Shown: positions 17,754 through 26,742, counted from the first letter of the stretch. The stretch: 27,135 nucleotides of DNA from Gemmatimonadota bacterium (GCA_039588275.1 JBDHAC010000047.1:1-27135); one strand, 5' to 3'. The notes: generated by a model not told the origin, from the sequence alone. Numbers and translations are program-made.

Positions 17754-18246
17754 TTATCCGCCCCGGGCCAACTGTACTGCGGCCACCACGAGCACGAGCG
17801 CGAGCACCGCATTCGCGCGCGCGAGCCAAGCCGCGCGGCGCCGGACCTCGATGGCCCGTGGAGAGCCGGGCTCGCAGCGGGACGCTCTCGGGCCGAGGAT
17901 GTAATCATGTACGGCCTGAAGCGGGAGCATCAGGATGACCGCCCCGAGCTTCCACGCCAGCGCCCGGCCGTACGACGCCCCTCAACGCCGCGTCCCCGAG
18001 GGCCGACCTGTGCAGCAAACCCGCGAAATAGAGGTTGCCGACGCCGGTCAGGAGGAGGATCGCGATGGCGATCCAGCCCCACGCGCGTGCCTTGCGACCT
18101 AGGTCACGGAATAAGCGCGCCCGGAGCTCCGATGGCTCGACCGCCCGAAGCACCGGCGCGCCCACGGCGGCCAGAGGGAACATCCCTCCAAGCCAGAAGA
18201 TCGCCGCGAGGACATGGATCGTGATATTCAGCTCGTAGAGTGACAT
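17754..18246 (-). pseudogene. CopD/DUF4149-like 4-TM membrane protein gene with a +1 frameshift
   Basis: The first frame reads MSLYELNITIHVLAAIFWLGGM...LLLTGVGNL...DAALR. After the C run at 17978-17981 a shifted frame continues SYGRALAWKLGAVILMLPLQAVHDYILGP...AAWLARANAVLALVLVVAAVQLARGG to TAA at 17754. The total span is 493 nt, which is 3n+1. Confidence 0.8.
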
Positions 18247-18440
18247 AGGCAGTCGGAGGATGCGGCGCCCTGCCGCGACCGGCAAATGACGGTAGGGGCC
18301 GCCGGTCGGCGGTAGCCGGCGACCGCACCCGGGAGCGGGCGTGTCGGCACCGCCGCGGGACCTTGTTCACCCGCCCTTCCGCTCGCGAGATTGCCCCCTG
18401 GTTCACGCCCAGGCACGACCTGAATCCACGGAGTTCCACG

Positions 18441-21400
18441 ATGAACATCGCCCAAGCCCGTGTCGGCGTTCTTCAGCCCCTCTTCTGCCGCGCTCTTCTA
18501 CCGCGGTGTCTCCACGCTCTCCTGCTCGCCGCCTTCGTCGCGACCGTGACGGCCGTCCCCGCGTATGCGCAGAACGGCTCCAACGGAGACGAGATCGTGG
18601 AGGCGATCAGCTCACTCGAATGGCGGCCGATCGGACCTGCCAACATGGGCGGCCGCGTCTCGGCGATTCAGGGCGTTCCAGGGGACCCGCTCACGTTCTG
18701 GGTGGGCGGCGCCGACGGTGGGGTGTTCAAGACGACGAATGGTGGCGTGACCTTCGAAGCGCAGTTCCACGATCAGCCCGTGCTGTCGGTCGGCGCGCTC
18801 GCGCTCGCTCCCTCCGATCGCAACGTGCTGTGGCTCGGGAGCGGGGAAGGGGATCCGCGGAACAGCGTCTCGTACGGGAACGGCGTGTACCGCTCGACGG
18901 ATGGGGGCGACACCTGGACGCACCTGGGCCTCGACGACACGGAGCGGATCAAGCGGATCGTCGTGCACCCGGACGATCCGGACGTCGCGTACGTGTGCGC
19001 GCTCGGACACGAGTGGGGGCCGAACGAGGAGCGTGGCGTGTTCCGCACGACCGATGGGGGTGCGAGCTGGGACAAAGTCCTGTACCGGGATGAAGACACC
19101 GGGTGCTCGGACATCGACATGGACCTTTCGAACCCGCGTGTCCTGTACGCGGGCATGTGGACCTTCCGCCGCCGCCCGTGGCGCTTCGATGATGGAGGAC
19201 ACGAGACGGCCGTCTACAAATCCACCGATGGCGGCGATACCTGGCGCAAGTTGAGTCGCGGACTCCCGCGCGGTCCGATGGCCCGCATCGGCGTTCAGGT
19301 CGCGCAGAGCGATCCCGACGTGGTGTACGTGGTCACCGAAGCCGTCGATGAGGGCACTCTCTTCCGGTCCGAGGATGCGGGCGAGAGCTGGGAGATGGTG
19401 CACGAGGACGCGAGCATCAACTTCCGCCCCTTCTACTACTCCGACATCCGCGTCGACCCCAACAACCCGAACGTGGTCTACTCGCTCTCCGGCGGGCTGT
19501 TCAAATCGATCGATGGCGGACACGAGTTCGACCGGATCGCGAGGGGCGTGCACGGCGACCACCAGGCGATGTGGATCGACCCGGAGGATTCCCGTCGCGT
19601 GCTCAGCGGCAGCGATGGCGGCTACCAGGTCTCGTACGACGCGGGCGAGAACTGGGACATCATCAACAACGTCGAGCTGTCACAATTCTACCAGATCTAC
19701 TACGACCTCCAGCAGCCCTACCACGTATGTGGCGGTCTCCAGGACAACGGAAGCTGGTGCGGTCCGCAGCGCACGACGCACAACGCGGGCATCCTGAAGG
19801 ACGACTGGTTCCGGGTGAGCGGGGGCGACGGCTTTTACGCCGTCCCGATCCCGGACGAGCCGCACCTGATCTACACGAATCTGCAGGGCGGCGTGTTCAT
19901 GCTCACCGACATGCGCTCGGGGGGCACGCGCCGCATCCACCCGTACCCGAACAAGATCGGCTCGGCGGGCGACGCGATGCTGGGGCACAAGTACCGCTTC
20001 AACTGGGACGCGCCCATCCACATCTCGCCGCACGATTCGAAGACCGTCTACATCGGTGGCAACGTCGTCTTCAAGTCGACGGACTACGGTCACTCGTGGG
20101 ACGAGATCAGTCCGGATCTCACCACCGCCGACACGACGAAGCAGCTGACGAGCGGCGGGGAGATCTACCAGGACAACACGGCGGCCGAGTTCCACACCAC
20201 GCTCCTGACGATCGCCGAGTCGCCCGTGCAGGCCGGGATCATCTGGGCCGGCACCGATGACGGCAACGTCCAGATCACGCGCGACGGCGGCTCGACGTGG
20301 ACGAACGTCTCGGCGAACGTGCCCGGGCTTCCGGCCGAGACCTGGATCGCCAAGATCGACGCCTCGCACCACGAGGCGTGCACGGCGTACATGGCCGTCG
20401 ACAACCACCGGCTGGACGACTTCACGCCGCACGCATACAAGACGGCGGATTGCGGGGATACGTGGAGCGACGTCAGCCGCGGCCTGCCGCAGGACGATTA
20501 CGTGAAGGTGATCCGGGAGGATCCCCGCAATCCGAACCTGCTATACGTAGGGATGGATCGCGGTCTGCTCGCTTCCTGGGACGGCGGCGCCACGTGGACC
20601 TCGATCCGCAACAACCTCCCTCCCGTCTCGGTGCGCGACATCCAGGTCCACCCGCGCGAGAACGACCTCATCATCGGCACGCACGGCCGCGGCGCGTGGA
20701 TCCTGGACGACGTCGGCAGCTTGCAGGGAATCGCCGACGCGATGACGCAGGACGCTCACCTGTTCGACCCCCGGCCGGCGATCCGCTGGCAGATGGGGAG
20801 CCGCGACGCGTCCATGGGACAGCGCACGTACCGTGCGCCGAACCCCGACTACGGCGCGTACATCGACTACTATCTTCGCGAGGCGCCCGAGGACACGGTC
20901 GTCATCACGATCACCGATCCCGACGGGCAGCTCGTGCGCGAGCTGAAGCCCACCAGCGACCCCGGTCTGAACCGGGCCGTTTGGAATCTGCGCCACGAGG
21001 GATCGACTCCGCTCGCGAGCGCCGGCGGTGGCGGCGGTGGCGGTTTCTTCGGAGGAGGCGGCGGCCCGCTGGCCATCCCGGGCGATTACGCGGTGACGCT
21101 CACGATCGGCGACTCCGAGATGGAGACCACGTTGCAAGTGCTCGCCGACCCGCGCATTCAGGTGGCGATGGACGACTATGCAGCGCAGCTGGCTGCATCG
21201 CTCGAGCTGCGAGACCTCATCTCGCAGGTGAACGGACTGATCGACGGAACGAACAGCCTGGACGAGCAGATCCGAAATCTGAAAGAAGCCATGAAGGCGA
21301 ATCCCGATGCCGTGCCGGACTCGGAGGATGCGCTATCCGGCGCCGACGACGCCCTCGAAGAGATCGAGGCGTTCAAAGACAGGCTGACGTACCCGGTCCC

Positions 21401-21638
21401 TGGGCTGGGCTATCGACAGGTGCCGCGTCTGAGGGAGGAGCTCAACTCGCTCCGCGGCTCGGTAAGCGGGCCGCCTTCACCTCCGACGGAAGGGGAGATG
21501 GTCAGGCTGGCCGAGCTGCGCGAGGAGACCGCGCGGACGATCACCGACTTCAACGGGCTCCTCGCGGGGACGATTGCAGGGCTCAACGAGCGCCTGGGTG
21601 GCGCTACCCGAATCCTCGTGAAGCAGCTCGTGCCGTAG
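18441..21638 (+). CDS. Large exported BNR/Asp-box repeat (VPS10/sortilin-like beta-propeller, 'glycosyl hydrolase'-annotated family) protein
   Basis: Signal peptide ending AYAQ, then WRPIGPANMGGRV. Many Asp-boxes (S/T-x-D-x-G-x-T/S-W), plus GGLQDNGSW, GGDGF, RFNWDAPI, GTDDGNV, GTHGRG and a helical C-terminus. ATG 18441 is preferred over TTG 18363. Confidence 0.9.
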   Translation: MNIAQARVGVLQPLFCRALLPRCLHALLLAAFVATVTAVPAYAQNGSNGDEIVEAISSLEWRPIGPANMGGRVSAIQGVPGDPLTFWVGGADGGVFKTTNGGVTFEAQFHDQPVLSVGALALAPSDRNVLWLGSGEGDPRNSVSYGNGVYRSTDGGDTWTHLGLDDTERIKRIVVHPDDPDVAYVCALGHEWGPNEERGVFRTTDGGASWDKVLYRDEDTGCSDIDMDLSNPRVLYAGMWTFRRRPWRFDDGGHETAVYKSTDGGDTWRKLSRGLPRGPMARIGVQVAQSDPDVVYVVTEAVDEGTLFRSEDAGESWEMVHEDASINFRPFYYSDIRVDPNNPNVVYSLSGGLFKSIDGGHEFDRIARGVHGDHQAMWIDPEDSRRVLSGSDGGYQVSYDAGENWDIINNVELSQFYQIYYDLQQPYHVCGGLQDNGSWCGPQRTTHNAGILKDDWFRVSGGDGFYAVPIPDEPHLIYTNLQGGVFMLTDMRSGGTRRIHPYPNKIGSAGDAMLGHKYRFNWDAPIHISPHDSKTVYIGGNVVFKSTDYGHSWDEISPDLTTADTTKQLTSGGEIYQDNTAAEFHTTLLTIAESPVQAGIIWAGTDDGNVQITRDGGSTWTNVSANVPGLPAETWIAKIDASHHEACTAYMAVDNHRLDDFTPHAYKTADCGDTWSDVSRGLPQDDYVKVIREDPRNPNLLYVGMDRGLLASWDGGATWTSIRNNLPPVSVRDIQVHPRENDLIIGTHGRGAWILDDVGSLQGIADAMTQDAHLFDPRPAIRWQMGSRDASMGQRTYRAPNPDYGAYIDYYLREAPEDTVVITITDPDGQLVRELKPTSDPGLNRAVWNLRHEGSTPLASAGGGGGGGFFGGGGGPLAIPGDYAVTLTIGDSEMETTLQVLADPRIQVAMDDYAAQLAASLELRDLISQVNGLIDGTNSLDEQIRNLKEAMKANPDAVPDSEDALSGADDALEEIEAFKDRLTYPVPGLGYRQVPRLREELNSLRGSVSGPPSPPTEGEMVRLAELREETARTITDFNGLLAGTIAGLNERLGGATRILVKQLVP

Positions 21639-21702
21639 CCGTAGCCGGGCAAGCCCACCTCGGAGCCAGCGCGAGAAACCCCGTGCTGGTCTCCTGAAAC
21701 GA

Positions 21703-21731
21703 CGAGGCCCGGGCGGGGAGCCCGGGCCTCG
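21703..21731. terminator. 12-bp perfect hairpin between convergent genes
   Basis: CGAGGCCCGGGC-GGGGA-GCCCGGGCCTCG, with only weak U-tracts on either strand. Confidence 0.6.
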
Positions 21732-21843
21732 ATCCGTGTTCGCGCCGTGCCGTCTCGGACGTCGCTTCATCCGATCGGCACCGACCTCGAGACGGCCACG
21801 AAAGGACTGGCCGCCCCGAGTCTGGAGACTTGGGTCAGGCGTC

Positions 21844-22239
21844 TTACGGCGTGTGGCACTGCAGAGTCGCGTTGCCGCTGGCCGAAACCGTCTCGTTCCA
21901 GTTGGCGGTAAGAGTAGGGCCGGTAACGGGCAGGACGATCCCGCACAGGAGACCGGGGAAAAACGGGTTGTTGTCCGTGTCGTATTTCACGGCCCGCCCC
22001 TGGCTGTTCGCGAGCCCTTTGGCCTGGCACCTCAGGTGCCCGTTCCCATTGGCGTTTACGGCATCCACGATTTGCGTGTTGGTGGTCAGCACCAAGCCGC
22101 CGTCACCGTCGAAAAAGCCACACAGCGCGGGCGGATGGATCACGACCGCCGGGGCCGTCAGGTCGTAGGCAGGGCCCGCGCTGAAGGCGAGCACCAGCTT
22201 TTTCGCCCCGACCTCGGAAGGAGCCAAGCATGGCGTCAC
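21844..22239 (-). CDS. Small 4-Cys protein of the two-repeat 'T-x-SGN-x4-C' family (copy A); 5' end uncertain or degenerate
   Basis: AVVIHPPALC...NANGNGHLRCQA...LLC...TVSASGNATLQCHTP matches the Cys pattern of 22888-23229. It lacks a complete signal peptide, and the annotated start overlaps the divergent gene at 22230. Confidence 0.6.
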   Translation of the reverse strand: MTPCLAPSEVGAKKLVLAFSAGPAYDLTAPAVVIHPPALCGFFDGDGGLVLTTNTQIVDAVNANGNGHLRCQAKGLANSQGRAVKYDTDNNPFFPGLLCGIVLPVTGPTLTANWNETVSASGNATLQCHTP

Positions 22240-22724
22240 GCACGTCCCCGTACCGGCTGACTGCGCTCGTCACAGTGTCCGTGGCGTGCGCTCGCGCGCC
22301 GAGCCCGGTGGCTCAGGACATGGCCGACGTCGAAGCGATTATGCGTGTGGTGGACGAATGGGACGAGGCCGTAAGCGCCGCGGATATCGACGCGACGCTC
22401 TCGCTTTACGCCGGCGTCGCCGTGGCGATGGCGCCGAACGAGCCTCAGGTATCGGGGCCAGGCGCGATCCGCGAATGGTTCGAGGCCTTGCACGCTCGAG
22501 GGGCGGTTGAGATCGACTACGAGGTCGGCGGACTCGAGGGAACCACTCGCCAACGAGTTATAGGCTACGGTACGTACGCCCTATCCGTGACCCCGGAGCG
22601 TGGTGAGCCGGTCTTGGAGAACGGCAAGTGGGTCGCCGTGTTCCTGCAACAGCCTGATCGATCCTGGAAGATCACGCAACATATCTGGAACAGCGACCGG
22701 CCCGCTCTTGCGGGAGCTCCATAG
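22230..22724 (+). CDS. NTF2-like/SnoaL-like (DUF4440/YybH family) exported protein, probable lipoprotein
   Basis: SD AAGGAG and a VSVAC lipobox-like site. Core D-x2-AI...W-x-EAV-x2-ADIDA-x3-LY...AVAMAPN-x-P-x-V-x-G-x2-AIR-x-WF...GKWVAVF-x-QQPD-x-SWKI-x3-IWNSD. Confidence 0.85.
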   Translation: MASRTSPYRLTALVTVSVACARAPSPVAQDMADVEAIMRVVDEWDEAVSAADIDATLSLYAGVAVAMAPNEPQVSGPGAIREWFEALHARGAVEIDYEVGGLEGTTRQRVIGYGTYALSVTPERGEPVLENGKWVAVFLQQPDRSWKITQHIWNSDRPALAGAP

Positions 22725-22887
22725 GCTGGCGTTCGATCGCCCCCAGTCGAGACCAAGGCTACCGCTGGATGTTGCCACGGTGTCCAACGGACTGTCTGCG
22801 GGATGGAATTCGGGCGACCGCTAAGCAGCCGCCCGAATCAGAAGACTCGAAGAACTCAGGTCCCTGCAGATGGATTGAGGTTCGAGG

Positions 22888-23229
22888 TTATGGCTTGAAC
22901 TGACACTTGGCGTGACCCGTTCCTCCGGGGGTCAGGTTGAAGGTCCCGGGCCCGGAACCGACGTTGAAGAAGCAGTTAAGGTTACCTTTCGTGTTCTCCG
23001 TGACGCCTGGACCGGCGACCAGCTCGGCATTGCAGTTGACCTTCCAGTTCCCCGACGGGGTCAAGACTTCCGTGTAGTACCCCACGTAAAAGTTCGGGGG
23101 AACATTGATTTGGCAACCCTCGTGGTTGAAGACCACGGCTCCGTCTCCGGCTGCGGCAGGCTGGTCAAGGGCCACTGCACCGACGGCAACGCCCGCAACA
23201 ACTGCGGCCGTGATGAGTTTCGCGAACAT
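22888..23229 (-). CDS. Small secreted 4-Cys protein of the two-repeat 'T-x-SGN-x4-C' family (copy B)
   Basis: SD GGGAGG precedes the ATG at 23229. Signal peptide MFAKLITAAVVAGVAVGAVALDQPAAA. Mature part AVVFNHEGC...TPSGNWKVNCNA...LNC...NLTPGGTGHAKCQFKP. Confidence 0.82.
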   Translation of the reverse strand: MFAKLITAAVVAGVAVGAVALDQPAAAGDGAVVFNHEGCQINVPPNFYVGYYTEVLTPSGNWKVNCNAELVAGPGVTENTKGNLNCFFNVGSGPGTFNLTPGGTGHAKCQFKP

Positions 23230-23391
23230 ATGTACCTCCCTGCGAAGGGTTATAACCTGTTTCTTCGAGTCTCCACTGCACCTGATAGGTGGGCGAACCC
23301 CGGGAGCGTGATATCGGCCTCGTGCGGAACCCCGGTCGGCGAGCGGTGTTGAAGGGACAACGCCACAAGGCTGGCGTGTTATATTGTCTCT

Positions 23392-23489
23392 ATACGCACA
23401 CACGGGCATCTCGCTACGAGGGTTCGTGTGTCGGTCGCTGTCAGCTGGTGAACTTTCGCGAGGGAGCCAGCTGGCAGCGTCTTTTTCTT
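23392..23489 (+). ncRNA. Candidate ~100-nt small RNA (two hairpins plus U-tract)
   Basis: Extended -10-like TGTTATATT at 23377-23385. Stem 1 pairs 23398-23407 with 23422-23431 and stem 2 pairs 23436-23448 with 23467-23479, followed by TCTTTTTCTT. The mismatches are G-U wobbles only on the + strand. Confidence 0.45.
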
Positions 23490-23567
23490 GCGAATCGAGT
23501 CTGATCGCTCCTGTTCCGCCCGATTCCTCGGACCCCGATCTCCGGACCGAAGGCTCCAGGGCGAGAC

Positions 23568-23598
23568 AAAAAAAACGCGCAGCCGTTTGGGCTACGCG
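23568..23598 (-). terminator. Rho-independent terminator (minus strand)
   Basis: The minus strand reads CGCGTAGCC-CAAAC-GGCTGCGCG-TTTTTTTT: a 9-bp stem with one G-U pair followed by U8. Confidence 0.85.
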
Positions 23599-23608
23599 CC
23601 GTACCTGA

Positions 23609-23710
23609 TCATGTCAAAAGCGTACACCTCACCGAATTCGGCGATCGGAATCTATCGTTTGACGAAACCGCTCGGAGTCGCCGCATTCTTCGCTGTAGCC
23701 GAAGAAACAC
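23609..23710 (-). CDS. Candidate 33-aa Arg-rich small protein (MFLRLQRRMRRLRAVSSNDRFRSPNSVRCTLLT)
   Basis: GGGGAGGAGGAGG lies immediately before the GTG, and the stop lies 10 nt before the U8 terminator. No recognisable homology. Confidence 0.3.
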   Translation of the reverse strand: MFLRLQRRMRRLRAVSSNDRFRSPNSVRCTLLT

Positions 23711-23991
23711 CCTCCTCCTCCCCAGCCCCCACGTGCTTGGCAATATGCAAGCTAACGCGATCCGACGTGGCGACACAAGAGTTTCGGACCCGAATACCTG
23801 CACTGTCCGAAAACCTCCACCCCCTTGAAAACACACCCTCTCCTTTGCGATGTGCGGTCCTTTCGTGACAGGCTGGCACTGCGGATTGCCGCGCTGTGGC
23901 ACCAGCAGCCTGAGCACGATGCGAGACAGGAAGGACAGTGGGTCGAGCGCGCGGCAGCGGCGGAATCCGGCGCCTCTTGGCCAGCCGCTTG

Positions 23992-25320
23992 TCAGCCCCC
24001 GAAGCGCGGGTTCACGACGTTGGCGAACTTGGACCCGAACGTGAAGCTGAGCCCGAGCGACACGAAATACTGAAAGGTCGTGGCCAGCTCGCGGCGTCGC
24101 AGCAGGATCTCCTCGTCGGTCACGCCACCGCTCGGGAGAGCCCGTTGATCCGCGATGTGGGCCACGCTCCCGAACACGTTGAAGCTCAGCCCGCGGAAAA
24201 CCCGCCAATCGGAGGTCACGAACAAGCTCACTCGGTTCTCGCTCAGATCGTTCAGGAACGTCGACCCCCCGAGTTCGAACGTGGCGGATCCCCAGGGCTG
24301 CAGGAGGTCGAGCGAGACGCTCAAGTTCTGCTGCAGGAGCGTCTCTTCCGTCTTCTGGAAGATCGTCTCCTCGGTGTAATCGAACGAGTTCACGGTGACC
24401 GAGTACAGGAACCGGAGCTGGCGTTCCGTGGACTCCGCGTACGGGAAGATGTTGTACTCGAGGGCTGGCCCGCCCCGGATCGTCAGATCCTGATTGAAGA
24501 AGGTCGAGGTGGAGACGTTGGCCCGAACGCCCGCAGACCAGTGGTCGCTGATGCTCCCCACGATCAGCAGGCGCCCGCCGTAGGATCGCGAGGTCGAGGT
24601 CAACGTGGTGGAATCGCTGAGTTCGAACTCGTCCCGGCGATAGCTGCCGTTGACCCCGAGGCTGACCTTCCAGTTCTCGTCCGTGCGGTTGGCCCCGATG
24701 TTACCGTCCAGCGAAACGGATTTCGTGGAGCTCTGCCCGTCGAGGTTCCCGTTCAGACCGACTGAAAATACCCACAGATTCCACGGGTCGTCCTCGCGAT
24801 CGGCCTCCGCCGCAAGTCCGCCCGGGGGGGTGTAGAAGAGCTGGACCCAGCCTGCGCGGTCCGTCCCCGCCAGGTAGCGCACCAGACCGAGCTTCAGCGT
24901 CTGGGTCAGCCCCGCACGGCCCTCTTGCTGGGTGTCGGTCCGGTCGGAGGTATAGGTAAGACGGTCCTCGCCCCCTTCGAACTGCCTCCGGCCTATGATC
25001 TGGATCGTGATCTCGGACCCGCCGCCTCCCGTCGTCTGGCTCGTGATGAGGAGGTGGAGGTCCGCGTCCTGCCGATCCCGGACCCAGTCGACGAATAGGA
25101 TCTCTCTGCGAAAATGATCGAAGTCGCAATACGGGGCCTGACAATCCAGGAAGACCCGGAGGGCTGGGCCGGCCTCCGGAGTCTCCTGCCCGGCCTCCAG
25201 CCGCGAGATGATGTTCGAGATCGTCGTATCGGCCGGTTCCTGCGCCACCCCAGAGGGCGCAACGGCGAGAGCGAGCGTGACGAGCAGCCCACTCCACAGG
25301 GCGGATCTCGGGGAGGTCAC
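23992..25320 (-). CDS. Hypothetical outer-membrane beta-barrel protein with an N-terminal Cys-pair domain
   Basis: Signal peptide ending VAQ. N-domain LRVFLDCQAPYCDFD...FVDWVRDRQDADLHLLIT-x-QTTGGGG and linker DPWNLWVF, then alternating amphipathic beta strands ending YFVSLGLSFTFGS-x-F-x-NVVNPRF. Confidence 0.78.
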   Translation of the reverse strand: MTSPRSALWSGLLVTLALAVAPSGVAQEPADTTISNIISRLEAGQETPEAGPALRVFLDCQAPYCDFDHFRREILFVDWVRDRQDADLHLLITSQTTGGGGSEITIQIIGRRQFEGGEDRLTYTSDRTDTQQEGRAGLTQTLKLGLVRYLAGTDRAGWVQLFYTPPGGLAAEADREDDPWNLWVFSVGLNGNLDGQSSTKSVSLDGNIGANRTDENWKVSLGVNGSYRRDEFELSDSTTLTSTSRSYGGRLLIVGSISDHWSAGVRANVSTSTFFNQDLTIRGGPALEYNIFPYAESTERQLRFLYSVTVNSFDYTEETIFQKTEETLLQQNLSVSLDLLQPWGSATFELGGSTFLNDLSENRVSLFVTSDWRVFRGLSFNVFGSVAHIADQRALPSGGVTDEEILLRRRELATTFQYFVSLGLSFTFGSKFANVVNPRFGG

Positions 25321-25338
25321 GGTCAGGTCGCCTTCAGG

Positions 25339-26100
25339 TCACTCTCGTGAACCGCTCCCGGCGCCGGCCGAGGCTTGCTCCTCTTGAAGCGCGCTCTCGA
25401 CGAACGACTCGAACACCGCAAGCGGTTGAGCTCCGACGAGCGCCCGGCCGTTGACGAAAAACGTCGGAGTCCCCCGCACGCCGTACCCCACACCATCCTG
25501 CAGGTCCTTTCGCACAATTCCGGCCTTGCCGCCGGAGTCGAGGCACTCCTCGAAGACCCCCCCGTCCAGACCGAGCTCGGCCGCATGCCGCTTCAGGCTC
25601 TCGACGTCGAGCTCCGTCTGGTGCGCGAACAGCCGGTCGTGGTATTCCCAGAACGCCCCCTGGTCGTGCGCGCACTCCGCCGCCTCCGCCGCCTTCTGCG
25701 CCCACGGGTGGAGGCTGCTCATCGGGAAGTTTCGCACCACGTAACGAACCGTTCCCTCATATCCTTCCTTGAGGGCCGGGTAGGTGATCGAGGCGTGCTG
25801 CGCACAGAATGGGCACTGATAATCGGTGAACTCCACGATGGTGACGGCGGCGTCTTCGGGTCCCCACGCGGGTCGACCCTCCGTAGTCACCTCGATTCGC
25901 GGTAGTTCGGCCTGGGGCGAGCCCGCCGTGGGTGCCCCGGCTGCCGCGTCGGCTACGCCCACCTGGCCCGAGCCCGCGGACCGGCCTACGAACAACCCTG
26001 CCGCACCAGCGCCACTCCCGAATCCGATCAGCAGTGCGACCGCCACATAGAAGTAGAGTTCCTTGCTCGTGAACGAGCTCTGGCTCCGTCCGCCGTCCAT
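25339..26100 (-). CDS. DsbA-family (thioredoxin-fold, BdbD-like) disulfide oxidoreductase with N-terminal TM anchor
   Basis: G-x2-DA-x-VTIVEFTDYQCPFC, RNFP, AAEAAECAHDQGAFWEYHDRLF and cis-Pro loop GVRGTPTFFVNG. ATG 26100 follows an AAGGTGG SD-like element. Confidence 0.92.
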   Translation of the reverse strand: MDGGRSQSSFTSKELYFYVAVALLIGFGSGAGAAGLFVGRSAGSGQVGVADAAAGAPTAGSPQAELPRIEVTTEGRPAWGPEDAAVTIVEFTDYQCPFCAQHASITYPALKEGYEGTVRYVVRNFPMSSLHPWAQKAAEAAECAHDQGAFWEYHDRLFAHQTELDVESLKRHAAELGLDGGVFEECLDSGGKAGIVRKDLQDGVGYGVRGTPTFFVNGRALVGAQPLAVFESFVESALQEEQASAGAGSGSRE

Positions 26101-26262
26101 GGTCAGTCCACCTTTCGGGCACGCGTTGCGCTCATGGCTGGAGCGCGCTGGGCTCGGGCGCAGTTGCGCGCCCTTCATCTTACGCCCTCTGCAAATGCGG
26201 GAGAATGCCTGGGGTACCGAAGGATCTTTGCCCCCCCCGTATTGGGGCAGTGGCGCGGCGGA

Positions 26263-26595
26263 TTAGATCTGCGCGCTTCTCTTAACCGACGCTCGCCAAC
26301 CGATCCATACGATGCCGGTCACGATCAGCTGGATGAGCAGCATCCGCCAGTCGATGCTGTGCGGCCCGCTCAAGGTCATGCCCCCCATGCGCTCCACGTC
26401 GACTGGGAAAGCGTAGAAGGGCTGCGACCAGACTGGCGCATAGACTTGAGGGGCACCCGCGACCTGGGCTCTGAACGGCACGACGGCGAGCTGCGCAAGC
26501 AGGAGCACAATGAAGGGAAATGATACCAGGGCCTTCACACCGCGAGAGGTGCGAGGCGTCGAATCGTCGTTCTGCTCCGTTTGGTTCATTTGCAC
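26263..26595 (-). CDS. Small hypothetical membrane protein (2 TM)
   Basis: Hydrophobic segments ALVSFPFIVLLLAQLAVVPF and IDWRMLLIQLIVTGIVWIGW flank a YAPVWSQP loop. Confidence 0.65.
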   Translation of the reverse strand: MQMNQTEQNDDSTPRTSRGVKALVSFPFIVLLLAQLAVVPFRAQVAGAPQVYAPVWSQPFYAFPVDVERMGGMTLSGPHSIDWRMLLIQLIVTGIVWIGWRASVKRSAQI

Positions 26596-26713
26596 GCCGT
26601 TCTTTCATCGGGCCCCGGCGCAACTACCACGCAGAGCCCGCGCCGGCCCCGCCCCGAGTGCCGCCCCGGAACTCGGTACGCGGCGCCGCGAGAGCGCGAA
26701 TCGGTTGTCCGGC

Positions 26714-26742
26714 AAGAAAACGGGGCCGCCAGGCGGCCCCGT
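26714..26742 (-). terminator. Rho-independent terminator (minus strand)
   Basis: The minus strand reads ACGGGGCCGC-CTG-GCGGCCCCGT followed by TTTCTT. Confidence 0.8.

Noticed and set aside
17784..17810. His-rich HHEHEREHR segment in + strand ORF 17382-18224
   Set aside because: It is the antisense shadow of Val/Leu/Ala codons in the last TM helix of the frameshifted CopD-like gene.
21024..21065. Poly-Gly GGGGGGGFFGGGGG tract
   Set aside because: Gly-rich loops at this position are usual in this BNR/VPS10-like family.
155..21697. Many long overlapping or antisense ORFs in the track (e.g. 155-1075, 3231-4277, 8370-9731, 20297-21697)
   Set aside because: These Arg/Pro/Gly-rich shadow frames are expected at high GC. 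Each overlaps a gene with clear family motifs.
23436..23479. Possible c-di-GMP-I riboswitch (GNRA-capped stem)
   Set aside because: It lacks the GGCAAAC...GACGCAAAG core, and there is no credible downstream same-strand gene. It is kept only as an sRNA candidate.
23874..23889. Sigma54-like TGGCAC...TTGC
   Set aside because: The GG-to-GC spacing is one base too long for the strict -24/-12 geometry, and it points into the 3' end of a convergent gene.
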